A DNA stretch of 64,000 bases, from positions 96,001-160,000 of the forward strand of contig CAXXMU010000005.1 of NCBI GenBank assembly GCA_963667785.2. Reading direction: 5' to 3'. Position numbers and translations under genes: made by a program. Origin of the DNA: Alphaproteobacteria bacterium. GTDB lineage: Bacteria; Pseudomonadota; Alphaproteobacteria; UBA828. This document shows, piece after piece, positions 1 through 18,396 of this stretch (its first letter is position 1; every line of letters begins with the position of its first letter). The notes under the pieces were generated by a model. It did not search any database. It saw only the letters and a program-made list of their open reading frames with translations, and was not told where the DNA came from.

Positions 1-1
1 G

Positions 2-3937
<3,936 letters not shown>

Positions 3938-3963
3938 CGCCGCACCGGCACGGCCACCGGTAA

Positions 3964-8226
<4,263 letters not shown>

Positions 8227-8291
8227 CGCGCGGACCAGCCGCCAGCCGCTAGAGCATTTTCCGACCTGACGGGTTCACGGCGGTCCGAACG

Positions 8292-8405
8292 GCACCCACC
8301 TCCCCCTGTCCCCCTCCCCCAAAGGCGGAGGGGGAACGTAGGTAGCGCCGCTCTGCTCCCCCTCTCCGCCCCCGGGGGCGGAGAGGGCCGGGGTGAGGTG
8401 GGGGC
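8292..8405. repeat. Alphaproteobacterial REP-like paired hairpins between convergent genes; possible terminator function
   Basis: CCCCCTCC-cccaaaggc-GGAGGGGG stem and perfect palindrome CCCTCTCCGCCCCCGGGGGCGGAGAGGG followed by ccGGGGTGAGG. Confidence 0.7.
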
Positions 8406-8487
8406 GTCTGGGCCGTACTGCTGGCAGAAAGAGGAACGTGCGGCAACCGGGCGCGACTCCGTCCGGTCAGGGCCCGCCTCGGCCGAG

Positions 8488-9732
8488 TCAGGCGGAGGCC
8501 CGGGCCACCGGCGGGATGTAGTCCTCCAGGTCCTCCTCGCCGAAGCGCACGGTGCGGCCCAGCTCGGCGGAGCGGTAGAGCGCCATCAGGATCTCGGTCA
8601 CGGCAAGCCCGTCGCGGAAGGTCTCGGAAGGCGTCGCGCCGGTGCGGAAGCACTCCACCATGTGGCGGTTCTCGCTGGTATAGCCGTAGACGCCCGCCTC
8701 GTCCTCGAGCGCCGGCATCAGCCCCTGCTCGGCGTTCTGCTTCTCCACCAGATCCTCGCCGGCGGCACCCTTCACGGCGCGCGAGATGAAGACCTTGAGC
8801 CCGGTGCCGAGCGAGGAGAACTCCATCGAGTATTCCGGCCCCAGCAGCTCGAGCTGGATGCGGAGCCCTGCGCCCACATAGGCCCAGGAGGTGGTGGTCT
8901 CGATCATCGCCTCGTTGCCGTCGGGGTCCTCCAGCACCAGGGTGCCGCGGGCGAAATCCTCGGCGGGCCGGCGGCCGTAGTCGACCTCGCGCCCCATCTC
9001 GCGCTTGAGCCGGCGCACGTAGGCCGGCCGGGTCCACTTGAGGTTGGCGATGGTGGCGTTGGCGCTGATCACCTTCAGCGAATCGCGCGATTCGCCCGGC
9101 GCGGTCAGCAGGTGGCGGGCGACCTCGACCGAGTGGCACATCATGTCAGACAGCACGCCGCCGCCCTGCCTCTCCCCCTGCCAGAACCAGGGCATGTGCG
9201 GGCCGGAATGCTCCTCGGCCGCGCGCGCGAGGTAGGGCCGGCCGGTGAGCGGCACGGCGCGGCGCCAGATGATCTCCTTGCCGCGCTCGACCGCCGTCGA
9301 GAAGACCTGGTTCTCAAGATAGCCGGTGGCGAGCCGGGCGTCGTCCGCGAGCCGGACCATGGCACGGGCCTCGGCGAGGTTGCGGGCGAGCGGCTTCTCG
9401 CAGGCGATGCCGCGGAGCCTCTTGCCGCCCTTCACCGCCTTGTGGATCGCCTGCATGGTGGCGACGCGGGTGTCGTTGGGCGAGAGGATCCAGAGCGCGT
9501 CCACGTCCTTCGCTGCGATCAGCCCGGCGAGCGAGCGGTGGGCGGTGCAGGGGCCGAGACCGAGCTCGTCGGCGCGCGCGGCCAGCGCCGCGCGGCTCTC
9601 CCTCGACGGGCTGTAGACCCCGGTGATGGCGCAGTTGCGCACGCCGGTGAAGGATTCGAGATGGAAGCGGGCGATGAAGCCCGCGCCGATCATCCCGATA
9701 CGCAGCGTCTTCAGCGGTTTGCGCCGGGCCAT
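8488..9732 (-). CDS. Gfo/Idh/MocA family oxidoreductase
   Basis: IGMIGAGFIA Rossmann start, CEKPLA, GGGVLSDMMCH motifs. Confidence 0.9.
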   Translation of the reverse strand: MARRKPLKTLRIGMIGAGFIARFHLESFTGVRNCAITGVYSPSRESRAALAARADELGLGPCTAHRSLAGLIAAKDVDALWILSPNDTRVATMQAIHKAVKGGKRLRGIACEKPLARNLAEARAMVRLADDARLATGYLENQVFSTAVERGKEIIWRRAVPLTGRPYLARAAEEHSGPHMPWFWQGERQGGGVLSDMMCHSVEVARHLLTAPGESRDSLKVISANATIANLKWTRPAYVRRLKREMGREVDYGRRPAEDFARGTLVLEDPDGNEAMIETTTSWAYVGAGLRIQLELLGPEYSMEFSSLGTGLKVFISRAVKGAAGEDLVEKQNAEQGLMPALEDEAGVYGYTSENRHMVECFRTGATPSETFRDGLAVTEILMALYRSAELGRTVRFGEEDLEDYIPPVARASA

Positions 9733-9886
9733 GGTCTCACCCTCCCCCTGCCGCGGATACGAGCCCCATTATGGCACCTCGGCCTCGGGCGAGACATCGC
9801 GCGCCATCCGTCCCCGACGGTGGACAGGGCAGCCGGCCTTCGCCACCATGACGGCAGCATCGGCCGGACCAGGTGAGGAGGCGGTC

Positions 9887-11125
9887 ATGGTGAGGGGATG
9901 GGCCGGAGTCGTCGGCATCGCGGCGCTGGGCCTGTGCGTCCTGGCCGCAGCTCACGCGGCGGCGAAGGTGGAGGGGGACACCGTCTACCTGGGCGCCGCC
10001 GTGTCGCTGACGGGCAAGTACACCACCGCCGGCGAGCACACCCAGCGCGGCTACGACCTCGCCGTCAAGACCGTCAACGACGCGGGCGGCATCACGGTGG
10101 GCGGCAAGGCCTACCGGCTCGAGGTCATCTACTACGACGACGAATCGACGCCCGCGCGCGGCGCCCAGCTCGCCGAGCGGCTCATCAACCAGGACGGCGT
10201 CGAATTCATGCTGGGCCCCTACAGCTCGGGCCTCACCAAGGCGATCGCGCCGGTGACCGAGCAGTACGGCGTGCCGATGGTGGAGGCCAACGGCGCCTCG
10301 GTCCAGCTCTTCAACAAGGGCTACCGCTACCTCTTCGCGGTTCTCTCCACCACCGAGCAGTATCTCGCGAGCGCCGTGGCGCTCGCGGCCGAGCTCGCCG
10401 AGCGCGAGGGCCGAGACCCGGCGACGCTGAGGCTCGCGGGCGCCTTCGAGAACGACCCCTTCAGCCAGGACATCCGCGCCGGCGTGCTCGCCGATGCGGC
10501 GCGCTTCGGCATCCAGATCGTGATCGACGACCAGCTTCCGCCGGAGCTCAACGACATGGCGGCGACGCTCGCCAAGACGAAGGCGCTGAAGCCCGACATC
10601 CTCGTCGTCTCGGGCCACTCCAAGGGGGCGGCGCTGGCCGTCAGGCAGGTCGAGGAGATGCGGGTCGACGTGCCGATGCTGGCGATCACCCATTGCGACA
10701 GCGCCGACGTGATCGGCAAGTTCGGCGCGGCGGCGGAATACACGCTGTGCGCGAGCCAGTGGGCGCCGACGCTCTCCTACCGCGACGACGCCTTCGGCTC
10801 GGCGGCCGAATTCGCCGCAACGTTCGAGGCAGCCTACGGCTACGCGCCGCCCTACCAGGCCGCGGAATCGGCTGCGGCGGTGCTGGTCTTCGCCGATGCG
10901 TTCGAGCGCGCAGGCGGCTTCGACAAGGACGCCGTGCGCGATGCGCTGGCCGCCACGGAGATGCAGACCTTCTATGGCAACATCAGGTTCGACGAGACGG
11001 GCAAGAACGTCGCCAAGCCCATGGTGCTCTACCAGATCCAGGACGGCGCCTACGTGGTGGTCGCGCCGACCAAGTGGGCCGACTCCGAGGTCCGCCACCC
11101 GACGCCCGCATGGTCCGAGCGGTGA
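9887..11125 (+). CDS. ABC transporter substrate-binding protein, LivK/Leu-binding family
   Basis: Signal peptide; LGAAVSLTGKY, YYDDES, LGPYSSG; SD GAGGAGG before ATG 9887. Confidence 0.9.
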   Translation: MVRGWAGVVGIAALGLCVLAAAHAAAKVEGDTVYLGAAVSLTGKYTTAGEHTQRGYDLAVKTVNDAGGITVGGKAYRLEVIYYDDESTPARGAQLAERLINQDGVEFMLGPYSSGLTKAIAPVTEQYGVPMVEANGASVQLFNKGYRYLFAVLSTTEQYLASAVALAAELAEREGRDPATLRLAGAFENDPFSQDIRAGVLADAARFGIQIVIDDQLPPELNDMAATLAKTKALKPDILVVSGHSKGAALAVRQVEEMRVDVPMLAITHCDSADVIGKFGAAAEYTLCASQWAPTLSYRDDAFGSAAEFAATFEAAYGYAPPYQAAESAAAVLVFADAFERAGGFDKDAVRDALAATEMQTFYGNIRFDETGKNVAKPMVLYQIQDGAYVVVAPTKWADSEVRHPTPAWSER

Positions 11126-11207
11126 GCGCCGCCGGCGCGCGCTTCCGGCGGCGAGAGGCGTAGCCGTCCCCCACCGCCGCCCCGGCGACTGAGCGGGCCG
11201 GGCCGCC

Positions 11208-12110
11208 ATGGCTGCCAACGTCGCGCTGCTCGCGGACGCGCCGTTCCTCATCCTCCAGCTGCTCCTCGACGGGCTGATGATCGGCGCCATCTTCGCCGTC
11301 GCGGCCTACGGCATGGCGCTTGTCTGGGGCGTGATGAACGTCATCAACGTGGTCCAGGGCGAGCTCGTCATGCTGGGCGGGTTCCTCACCTACCAGCTCA
11401 CCCTCTGGGGCCTGAGCCCGCTCTGGGGCGTGCCGGTGGCGGCCGCGGTGCTCTTCGTAGTCGGCTATTCCCTCCACCACGCCGTGATCCGGCGGGTGGC
11501 GGATCGCGACATGTTCATCTCGCTGCTCGCGACCTTCGGCCTCTCCATCCTGCTGCAGCAGCTCATGAACCAGATCTGGGGCGGCGACGTGCGGACGGCC
11601 TCGTCGGGGCTCGGCACGTGGTTCCTCCTCGACTACACGGTGACCGTCTCCCAGATGAAGGCGGCGGCCTGCGGCGGCGCCATCGCGATCGGCGCCGTGC
11701 TGGTGCTCTTCCTGAAGAGGAGCAGGATCGGCCGGGCGATCCGCGCGACCGCCCAGAACCCGCGCGCGGCCCGTATCCTCGGCATCGACACCAACCGCGT
11801 CTTCGCCGTCACCTACGGCATCAACGCGGCCCTCTGCGGCGCCGCCGGCGCGCTGGTGGTGATGGCCTATTCGGTGCATCCCTATATCGGGCTGCCCTAC
11901 ACCGTGCGCTCCTTCATGATCGTGATCGTGGCGGGGCTCGGCAATCTGCCGGGCGTGATCGCGGCGGGGCTGGGCCTCGGCGCGGCCGAGAACTTCGCCG
12001 GCTTCATCCTCGGCGTGCAGTACCAGGTCGCCTTCGTCTTCTGCCTCCTGGTGGTGATCCTCGTCATCCGCAGCGCGCTGCTGCAGCGGCAGCGGCAGTT
12101 CCTCAAGTGA
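11208..12110 (+). CDS. Branched-chain amino acid-type ABC permease (LivH-like)
   Basis: Hydrophobic; GRAIRATAQN..AARILGID motif. Confidence 0.9.
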   Translation: MAANVALLADAPFLILQLLLDGLMIGAIFAVAAYGMALVWGVMNVINVVQGELVMLGGFLTYQLTLWGLSPLWGVPVAAAVLFVVGYSLHHAVIRRVADRDMFISLLATFGLSILLQQLMNQIWGGDVRTASSGLGTWFLLDYTVTVSQMKAAACGGAIAIGAVLVLFLKRSRIGRAIRATAQNPRAARILGIDTNRVFAVTYGINAALCGAAGALVVMAYSVHPYIGLPYTVRSFMIVIVAGLGNLPGVIAAGLGLGAAENFAGFILGVQYQVAFVFCLLVVILVIRSALLQRQRQFLK

Positions 12111-13081
12111 GCGCGCACCGCCAGCGGCTGCTCATGCTCGGCATCGCCGCGGCCGGCATCGCGCTCCCCTTCGCGATCCCCGACTACCGGGCGCAGATAG
12201 CGATGCTGTGGGCGCTCGTCATCATGGCCCAGACCTGGGACATCACCGGCGGGCAGACGGGCTACAACAGCTTCGGCAACATCCTCTTCTTCGGCGTCGG
12301 CATGTACGCCTCGGTCGTGGTGCAGCGCGACGCGGGCCTCGCCTACTTCCCCGGCCTCGTCCTCGGCATGGCGACGGGGGCGGCGATCGCGGCCACGCTC
12401 GCCGTGCTGCTGGGCTCGATGATCCTGCGCATGCGCGGCCACTACTTCGCCATCGCGACGCTGGGCTTGGGCATCGCCGCCGGCGAGATCGCGGGCGGGT
12501 GGGACTATGTGGGCGCGGGCTCCGGCCTCTCGCCGCCGCTCTTCCCGGCGCCGCCTGCGACCGCCAACCTCTTCTTCTGCTATCTCTTCTTCGCGCTCGC
12601 GGCGCTCACCTTCGCCCTGCTCGCCGCGCTCTACCGCACCCGCTTCGGGCTTGCGCTCAACGCCATCCGCGACAACGAGGACAAGGCGGAGGCGATGGGG
12701 CTCCGCACCGACCTCTGCAAGGTCACGGCATGGACCGTGGCGGCGTTCATGCTGGGCCTCGTCGGCGGCGCCATGGGCAACATGCTGGGCTTCGTGGACC
12801 CGCGCGATACCGCCTTCGCCGGCGCCACCTTCGGCGTCTGGATGGTGCTCATGGCGATCCTCGGCGGCAAGGGGACGCTGTGGGGCCCGGTGCTTGGCGC
12901 CACCATCTTCCACATCACCCAGGAGCTGCTGTGGACCCACCTGCTCGGCTGGCAGCGGGTCGCGCTCGGCGTGATCATCGTGGCGATCGTGGTGTTCTTC
13001 CCGCAAGGAATCCTGGGCTGGGCGCGGGCGCGCTGGCCCCAGCGCCACGAAGGTCGCGAGCAGGGGCGCGGGCGGGCATGA
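12107..13081 (+). CDS. Branched-chain amino acid-type ABC permease (LivM-like)
   Basis: GTGA overlap with upstream stop; GQTGYNSFG, RGHYFAIATL, FGLALNAIRDNE, AILGGKGTLWGP. Confidence 0.9.
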   Translation: MSAHRQRLLMLGIAAAGIALPFAIPDYRAQIAMLWALVIMAQTWDITGGQTGYNSFGNILFFGVGMYASVVVQRDAGLAYFPGLVLGMATGAAIAATLAVLLGSMILRMRGHYFAIATLGLGIAAGEIAGGWDYVGAGSGLSPPLFPAPPATANLFFCYLFFALAALTFALLAALYRTRFGLALNAIRDNEDKAEAMGLRTDLCKVTAWTVAAFMLGLVGGAMGNMLGFVDPRDTAFAGATFGVWMVLMAILGGKGTLWGPVLGATIFHITQELLWTHLLGWQRVALGVIIVAIVVFFPQGILGWARARWPQRHEGREQGRGRA

Positions 13082-13821
13082 GCGTGCAGCTCGCGATCCG
13101 TGGCGCGACCAAGCGCTTCGGCGGCGTCACGGCCAACGACGCCATCTCGCTCGAGGTGCCGCAGGGCCGGGTGGTGGGGCTGATCGGGCCGAACGGCTCG
13201 GGCAAGTCGACGCTCTTCAACTCCATCGTCGGCTACCACCCGGTCGACGGCGGCTCGATCCGCTTCGAGGAGCGCGAGATCACGCGCCTGCGCACGGCCG
13301 AGATCGCGCGCCTCGGGCTGATCCGGACCTTCCAGCAGACCCATGTCTTCGTGCGGATGACCTGCATGCAGAACATGGCGATCGGCGATGCGGAGGCCGG
13401 CCACGGCCTCTTCCGACTGATGCGGACGGTCTCGGCCGAAACGAGCGAACGGGCGGAGGCGCTGCTCGCCTTCTGCGGCCTCTACGGCAAGCGCCACATG
13501 GTGGCGGGCGAACTCTCCTTCGGCCAGCGCAAGCTCCTGGAGCTCGCCATGGCGCTGATGGTGCGCCCGCGCATGCTGCTGCTCGACGAGCCCACCGCCG
13601 GCATCAACCCCACGCTGATCAACGGCGTGATCGAGCGGCTGCAGCGCGCCAACCGCGAGTTCGGCGTCACGCTCTTCGTCATCGAGCACAACATGCGCGT
13701 CATCATGAACCTGGCCGAGCGCATCCACTGCCTCGCCCACGGCCGGCTGCTCGCCAGCGGCGCGCCCGACGAGGTGCGCCGCGACCAGCGCGTGATCGAC
13801 GCCTATCTGGGGGCGCGGTGA
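13078..13821 (+). CDS. ABC ATP-binding protein (LivG-like)
   Basis: GPNGSGKST, LLLDEPTAG, IEHNM, AYLG end; ATGA overlap. Confidence 0.92.
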   Translation: MSVQLAIRGATKRFGGVTANDAISLEVPQGRVVGLIGPNGSGKSTLFNSIVGYHPVDGGSIRFEEREITRLRTAEIARLGLIRTFQQTHVFVRMTCMQNMAIGDAEAGHGLFRLMRTVSAETSERAEALLAFCGLYGKRHMVAGELSFGQRKLLELAMALMVRPRMLLLDEPTAGINPTLINGVIERLQRANREFGVTLFVIEHNMRVIMNLAERIHCLAHGRLLASGAPDEVRRDQRVIDAYLGAR

Positions 13822-14681
13822 TGGCGACTGGGCGGCCCGAGGCGCCGGACATCGGCGCGCTCGACTTCGAGACCGCGCTCTCGGTGGATGCGGTGGAGGA
13901 GGCCGCGCGGGCGCTCGCCGACGAGGGGCCGGAGCGGGCGGCGCTCGAGGCGCTCTGCCGGGGCGAGCCCGCCATCGACATCGCCGGCCTGCGGGCAGGC
14001 TACGGCCGCATGGAGATCCTCCACGGCGTCGACCTCGTCGCCGGGCGCGGCCAGTCGCTCTGCCTCATCGGGCCGAACGGCGCCGGCAAGTCGACCGTGC
14101 TGCACGCCGCCTTCGGCTTCGCCGACGTCATGGCGGGCCGCATCTCCGTCGGCGCGCGCGAGGTGACGCGGCTTGCCCCCAGCCGCCGCCTGGCCGAGGC
14201 GGGCGTCGCCTACGTGCTGCAGGACAACTCGGTCTTTCCCGACATGACGGTGGAGGAGAACCTGCTCATGGGCGGCCATCTGCTCGCCGGTCGGGGCGCG
14301 GCGCGGCAGGCCACCGAGCGCGTTTTCGACCGCTACGGGAGCCTGGCCCGGCGCCGGCACCGCCGGGCGGGCGTGCTCTCCGGCGGCGAGCGCCGCCTGC
14401 TCGAGATCTCCCGCGCGCTCATCATGGAGCCCGACGTGCTGCTGGTGGACGAGCCCTCCATCGGGCTGGAGCCGCGCTTCATCGACATGGTGTTCGAGAT
14501 CCTGGGCGACCTGCAGCGCAAAGACGGCAAGACGATCGTGATGGTGGAGCAGAACGCCAAGAAGGGGCTGGAGTTCGCCGATATCGGCTACGTGCTTGTC
14601 TCGGGCCGGCTCGCCATGGCCGGGCCCGGCAGCGCGCTGCTCGAGGACCCGGAGGTCGGCCGCCTCTTCCTCGGCGCCTAG
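13818..14681 (+). CDS. ABC ATP-binding protein (LivF-like)
   Basis: GPNGAGKST, LSGGE, DEPSIGL, VEQNA; start could be 13818 or 13821. Confidence 0.92.
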   Translation: MMATGRPEAPDIGALDFETALSVDAVEEAARALADEGPERAALEALCRGEPAIDIAGLRAGYGRMEILHGVDLVAGRGQSLCLIGPNGAGKSTVLHAAFGFADVMAGRISVGAREVTRLAPSRRLAEAGVAYVLQDNSVFPDMTVEENLLMGGHLLAGRGAARQATERVFDRYGSLARRRHRRAGVLSGGERRLLEISRALIMEPDVLLVDEPSIGLEPRFIDMVFEILGDLQRKDGKTIVMVEQNAKKGLEFADIGYVLVSGRLAMAGPGSALLEDPEVGRLFLGA

Positions 14682-14756
14682 CCCCGTGCCCGTGCGGCGT
14701 GCGAGACTCCGTGCGCCGCGATCCACTCTTCCTCCCACAGCCGCAGGCCCTTCGCC

Positions 14757-15731
14757 ATGGAGTCCCTGAACCGCCAGTTCACCGCCCGCGCGGAGGATTT
14801 CGACCGGCCGGTGCTGGTGACCGGCGCCGGCGGCTGCATCGGCAGCTGGGCGCTCGCGATCCTGGTGCGCGCGGGCGTGCCCGCGGTCGCCTTCGACCTC
14901 GATGCGTCAAGCCACCGGCCGGGCCTGCTCATGGCGGCGGACGAGCTGGCGCGGGTGACCTGGGTCGAGGGCGACATCGCCGACCCCGAGGCCGTGGACC
15001 GCGCGGTGTCGGCGCACGGGATCGGCGCGATCCTCCATCTGGCCGCGCTGCAGGTGCCCTTCTGCAAGGCGGACCCGGTCGCCGGCGCCCGCGTCAACGT
15101 GGTGGGCACCGCGGCGGTCTTCGAGGCGGCCCGCCGCCACGCCCTGCGCCGCCTCGCCTATGCAAGCTCCGTCGCCGCCCACGGCGCGCCGGCCGAGAGC
15201 GCCTACCTCGCCACCCTCTACGGCGCCTACAAGGCGTGCGACGAGGCCATGGCCCGGGTCTACTGGCAGGACTGGGGGGTGCCGAGCGTCGGCATCCGTC
15301 CCGGCGTGGTCTACGGCGTCGGCCGCGACCAGGGCATGACCTCGAAGACCACGGCGGCCATCCTCGCGGCCGCCGCCGGGCGCGCCTACGAGGTGCCCTT
15401 CCGCGGACTCACCTCCTACCTTTACGCGGGCGAGATCGCCTCGGCCTTCGTCCGGGCCGTGTCGCACGAGCGGGACGGCGCGCCCGCGTTCGACTGCAAC
15501 GGGACCTGCGCCTCGGTCGAGGAGGCGCTGGAGACGCTGGTGCGCCTCGCGCCCGGCGCGCGGGTGCGTGCCGGCGGCGATGCCATGCCGTTCCCCTTCA
15601 GGGATGAGGATTCGCTCTTGCGCGCGCACATAGGCGACTACGGCACGATCTCCGTCGAGGACGGCACGGCCGAGACGCTCGACGCCTTCCGCATCCTGCT
15701 GCAGGACGGGCGGGTCTCGGCCGACGTCTGA
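14757..15731 (+). CDS. NAD-dependent epimerase/dehydratase (extended SDR)
   Basis: VLVTGAGGCIG, HLAA, ASS, YGAYK catalytic YxxxK. Confidence 0.9.
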   Translation: MESLNRQFTARAEDFDRPVLVTGAGGCIGSWALAILVRAGVPAVAFDLDASSHRPGLLMAADELARVTWVEGDIADPEAVDRAVSAHGIGAILHLAALQVPFCKADPVAGARVNVVGTAAVFEAARRHALRRLAYASSVAAHGAPAESAYLATLYGAYKACDEAMARVYWQDWGVPSVGIRPGVVYGVGRDQGMTSKTTAAILAAAAGRAYEVPFRGLTSYLYAGEIASAFVRAVSHERDGAPAFDCNGTCASVEEALETLVRLAPGARVRAGGDAMPFPFRDEDSLLRAHIGDYGTISVEDGTAETLDAFRILLQDGRVSADV

Positions 15732-15741
15732 CGCGCGCCGC

Positions 15742-15918
15742 TCATCTTCCCTCCCCGTCCGCCACGGGATCGAAGTCGCTCGTGGGCGCCCGGCAGTCGG
15801 GGCAGCACCAGTCGTCCGGCAGATCCTCGAAGCGGGTGCCCGGCGGCGTGTCGCGCTGCGCCTCGCCCCTGGCGGGATCGTAGACGTAGCCGCACCAGCG
15901 GCACTGGTAGCGCTTCAT
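15742..15918 (-). CDS. Rubredoxin
   Basis: [15 protein letters not shown]...[16 protein letters not shown]: two CxxC motifs, 58 aa. Confidence 0.93.
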   Translation of the reverse strand: MKRYQCRWCGYVYDPARGEAQRDTPPGTRFEDLPDDWCCPDCRAPTSDFDPVADGEGR

Positions 15919-15988
15919 GGCAGCCGCCGCCGAAGAATGACGACGCGCGGCCGGCCCGCCTCGGACCGGCCGCACGCCGCCGCCTCGC

Positions 15989-17158
15989 TCAGTGGATGCC
16001 GAGCTTCTCGGCCGCCATCCGCGTTCCCTGGATGCGCGAGGCGATCTTCTGGAAGGCCACGTCGCGGGCGTAGTCGGGCGAGCCGTGGTTCGGCTTCACG
16101 TCGATGCTGAAGGGCGAGAAGCCGCAGTCGTCGGTGGACGCGATCTGCTCCTTCGGCAGGTGATTGGCGGCGGCGACGAGCTGCTCGCACACCTCCTCGG
16201 GCGATTCGACCCGCGGGTTCTGCGGGTTGATGACGCCGATATAGGCCATCTGCACGACGCCGTTCGCGTCGGTCCGGATGCTCGCCGCGATGTCCTTGTA
16301 GACCTGCTCCTGGTTCCGCTCGCTCTTGAACTGGATCATGAAGTAGCCCGCGTTCAGCTCGAACATGCTCGGCAGCAGGTCGTTGTAGGGGACATCGGCG
16401 CTGTGCACGGAATCGCAGTCGCCGCCGGGGCAGGTGTGGATGCCGATGTTCGCCCGCTCGTCTGCCGTGAAGCGGTCGAGCACCCCGTTGATGAGCTCGA
16501 TGAAGTGGGGAAGCATCTGCCGGCCGGTCCAGGGGTTGCGCGAATCGTTGCGGCAGGAGAGCCGGCCTTCGGTGAAGTCGATGGAGACGCGCACGGCGCC
16601 GGCCGCGAAGGCCTCGCGCACGTCCTTCTCGCATTCGTCGATCAGGTCGGCCTCGAACGCCTCGCGCGAATAGCCCTCGATCTCCTCGTCGAGCGGGTAG
16701 AGCAGCGCCAGCATCGAGGGCGCGATCACCGCCTGCTTCATCGGCTTGGTCGCGGACTTGATCGAGAGCTTGAGCGAATCGGCGGCGAAGCTCTTGTAGC
16801 GGAAGGGGCCGCCGGTGAGCCGCGGCAACTGGCGATGGTGGCCGTCGGCGAAGATGGCGAAATACTGGCCGCCGCCCGCCAGGTGGTCGGCAAGCCCGGT
16901 GCCCGCGAGCGTATCGGTGATCGGATAGGTCGCGAAGCTCGACCAGCGCTGCTCGCCGTCGGAGACGATGGGCGAGCCGGTCGCCTCCATGCGCGAGATC
17001 GAGTCGCGCACCGCGGCCTCCTGCTCGGCCTCGAGGTCCGCCTTCGCGATCTCGCCCACGTCATAGGCGGCATAGGCGGCCTGGAGCGTGGACGGGCGCG
17101 GCAGGGAGCCCACGGGCTCCGTGGGGATACCGGTGTCGGTTCGTGGATCATAGGTCAT
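15989..17158 (-). CDS. Cobalamin-independent methionine synthase catalytic-domain family protein (MetE C-terminal-like, single barrel)
   Basis: [15 protein letters not shown] and DDCGF Zn-site motifs; SD GGGAGG before ATG 17158. Confidence 0.85.
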   Translation of the reverse strand: MTYDPRTDTGIPTEPVGSLPRPSTLQAAYAAYDVGEIAKADLEAEQEAAVRDSISRMEATGSPIVSDGEQRWSSFATYPITDTLAGTGLADHLAGGGQYFAIFADGHHRQLPRLTGGPFRYKSFAADSLKLSIKSATKPMKQAVIAPSMLALLYPLDEEIEGYSREAFEADLIDECEKDVREAFAAGAVRVSIDFTEGRLSCRNDSRNPWTGRQMLPHFIELINGVLDRFTADERANIGIHTCPGGDCDSVHSADVPYNDLLPSMFELNAGYFMIQFKSERNQEQVYKDIAASIRTDANGVVQMAYIGVINPQNPRVESPEEVCEQLVAAANHLPKEQIASTDDCGFSPFSIDVKPNHGSPDYARDVAFQKIASRIQGTRMAAEKLGIH

Positions 17159-17257
17159 GGTGCACCTCCCTTTTGCCGCCATGGTGCCACACTTGGCCGT
17201 CGCGGCGTGACAATTCGGCAAGCGGGGCGGCGCGCGATGCGCCCGCCGCAGCCCCCG

Positions 17258-18298
17258 TCAGGCGGCCGGCACCGGCGCGTCCTCGTGCAGCAGGCGCCGG
17301 GCCTTCAGCTCCGCCCAGAACGCCGCCGGAATCGACTCCTCCAGCAGGGCCGCGTTCTGCCGCACCTCGCGCGGCGTCATGGCGCCGGGAATGACGCTCC
17401 TGACCGCGGGATGCGCCAGCACGAACTGCAGCGCCGCTGCGGGCAGCGTCACGCCGTGGCGGGTGCACACGGCCTCGAGCCGGCGCACGCGCTCCATGAC
17501 GGCGGGCGGCGCGGGCTCGTAGTTGAACTTCGCGCCGTCGACCGCGCCGGTCGCGAGGATCCCTGAGTTGAACGGCCCGCCGAGGATGATGCCCACGTCG
17601 CGCGCGAGGCAGGCGGGAAGGAAGCTCTCCAGCGGCTCCTGCTCCAGCAGGGTATAGCGGCCGGCGAGCAGGAAGCAGTCGAAGTCGCCGCGCTCGAGCA
17701 GCGCCGCGCAGGCCTGCCATTCGTTGACGCCCGCGCCGATGGCCGCGATGCGGCCCGTGGCCCTGAGCTCCTCCAGGGCGCGGTAGCCGCCGCCCTCGAA
17801 GAGCTCGCGCACCTTCTCGTCCGCCAGCGCCTGGCTGCCGTGGGTCCAGACGTCCACGTCGTGAACGAGCAGGATGTCGAGAGCCTCGATCCGCAGCCGC
17901 CGCAGGCTCGATTCCAGGCTGCGCATCACGCCGTCATAGGTGTAGTCGAACACCACCTTCTTCTGCGGCACGTCGACGAATTGCGGCGTCTCGGTCGCCT
18001 CCTCGGCCGGGCAGTCGACGATGAGCCGCCCGATCTTGCTGGAGAGCACGACCATCTCGCGCCCCATGGCGTCGAGCGCGGTGCCGAAGCGCTCCTCCGA
18101 GAGACCGAGGCCGTAGAAGGGCGCGGTATCGAAGAACCTGATGCCGCTTGCATGGGCCGCGCGGAGCGTGGCCTGGGCGTCCTCCTCCGACACGCCGCGA
18201 TAGAGATTGCCGAGCGGCGCGCCGCCGAAGCCGAGCCGCGTGAGCCCGAGGGGGCGGGAGGTGCGCGCGTTGAGCAGCGCCGTGTCGCCTGCCTTCAC
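17258..18298 (-). CDS. Aldo/keto reductase (aldose/pyridoxal dehydrogenase-like subgroup)
   Basis: LGFGGAPLGNLY, FDTAPFYG, SSKIG, LLVHD, GGPFNSGILA. Confidence 0.9.
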   Translation of the reverse strand: MKAGDTALLNARTSRPLGLTRLGFGGAPLGNLYRGVSEEDAQATLRAAHASGIRFFDTAPFYGLGLSEERFGTALDAMGREMVVLSSKIGRLIVDCPAEEATETPQFVDVPQKKVVFDYTYDGVMRSLESSLRRLRIEALDILLVHDVDVWTHGSQALADEKVRELFEGGGYRALEELRATGRIAAIGAGVNEWQACAALLERGDFDCFLLAGRYTLLEQEPLESFLPACLARDVGIILGGPFNSGILATGAVDGAKFNYEPAPPAVMERVRRLEAVCTRHGVTLPAAALQFVLAHPAVRSVIPGAMTPREVRQNAALLEESIPAAFWAELKARRLLHEDAPVPAA

Positions 18299-18326
18299 CG
18301 ATCGATTTCCCTGCCGCTGCCGCCCC

Positions 18327-18389
18327 TTAGGAGCGTGTCCGTTTCACCTGGAAACGCTCCAGACTCCTTGTCGCTCGCGGCAGCCGGCC
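18327..18389 (-). repeat. Truncated inverted copy (3' part) of the 151-bp structured repeat
   Basis: Reverse complement reads ggccggctgccgcgagcgacaaggagtctggagcgtttccaggtgaaacggacacgctcctaa, matching the 3' part of copies at 20781 and 52547. Confidence 0.85.
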
Positions 18390-18396
18390 GTCCAGC

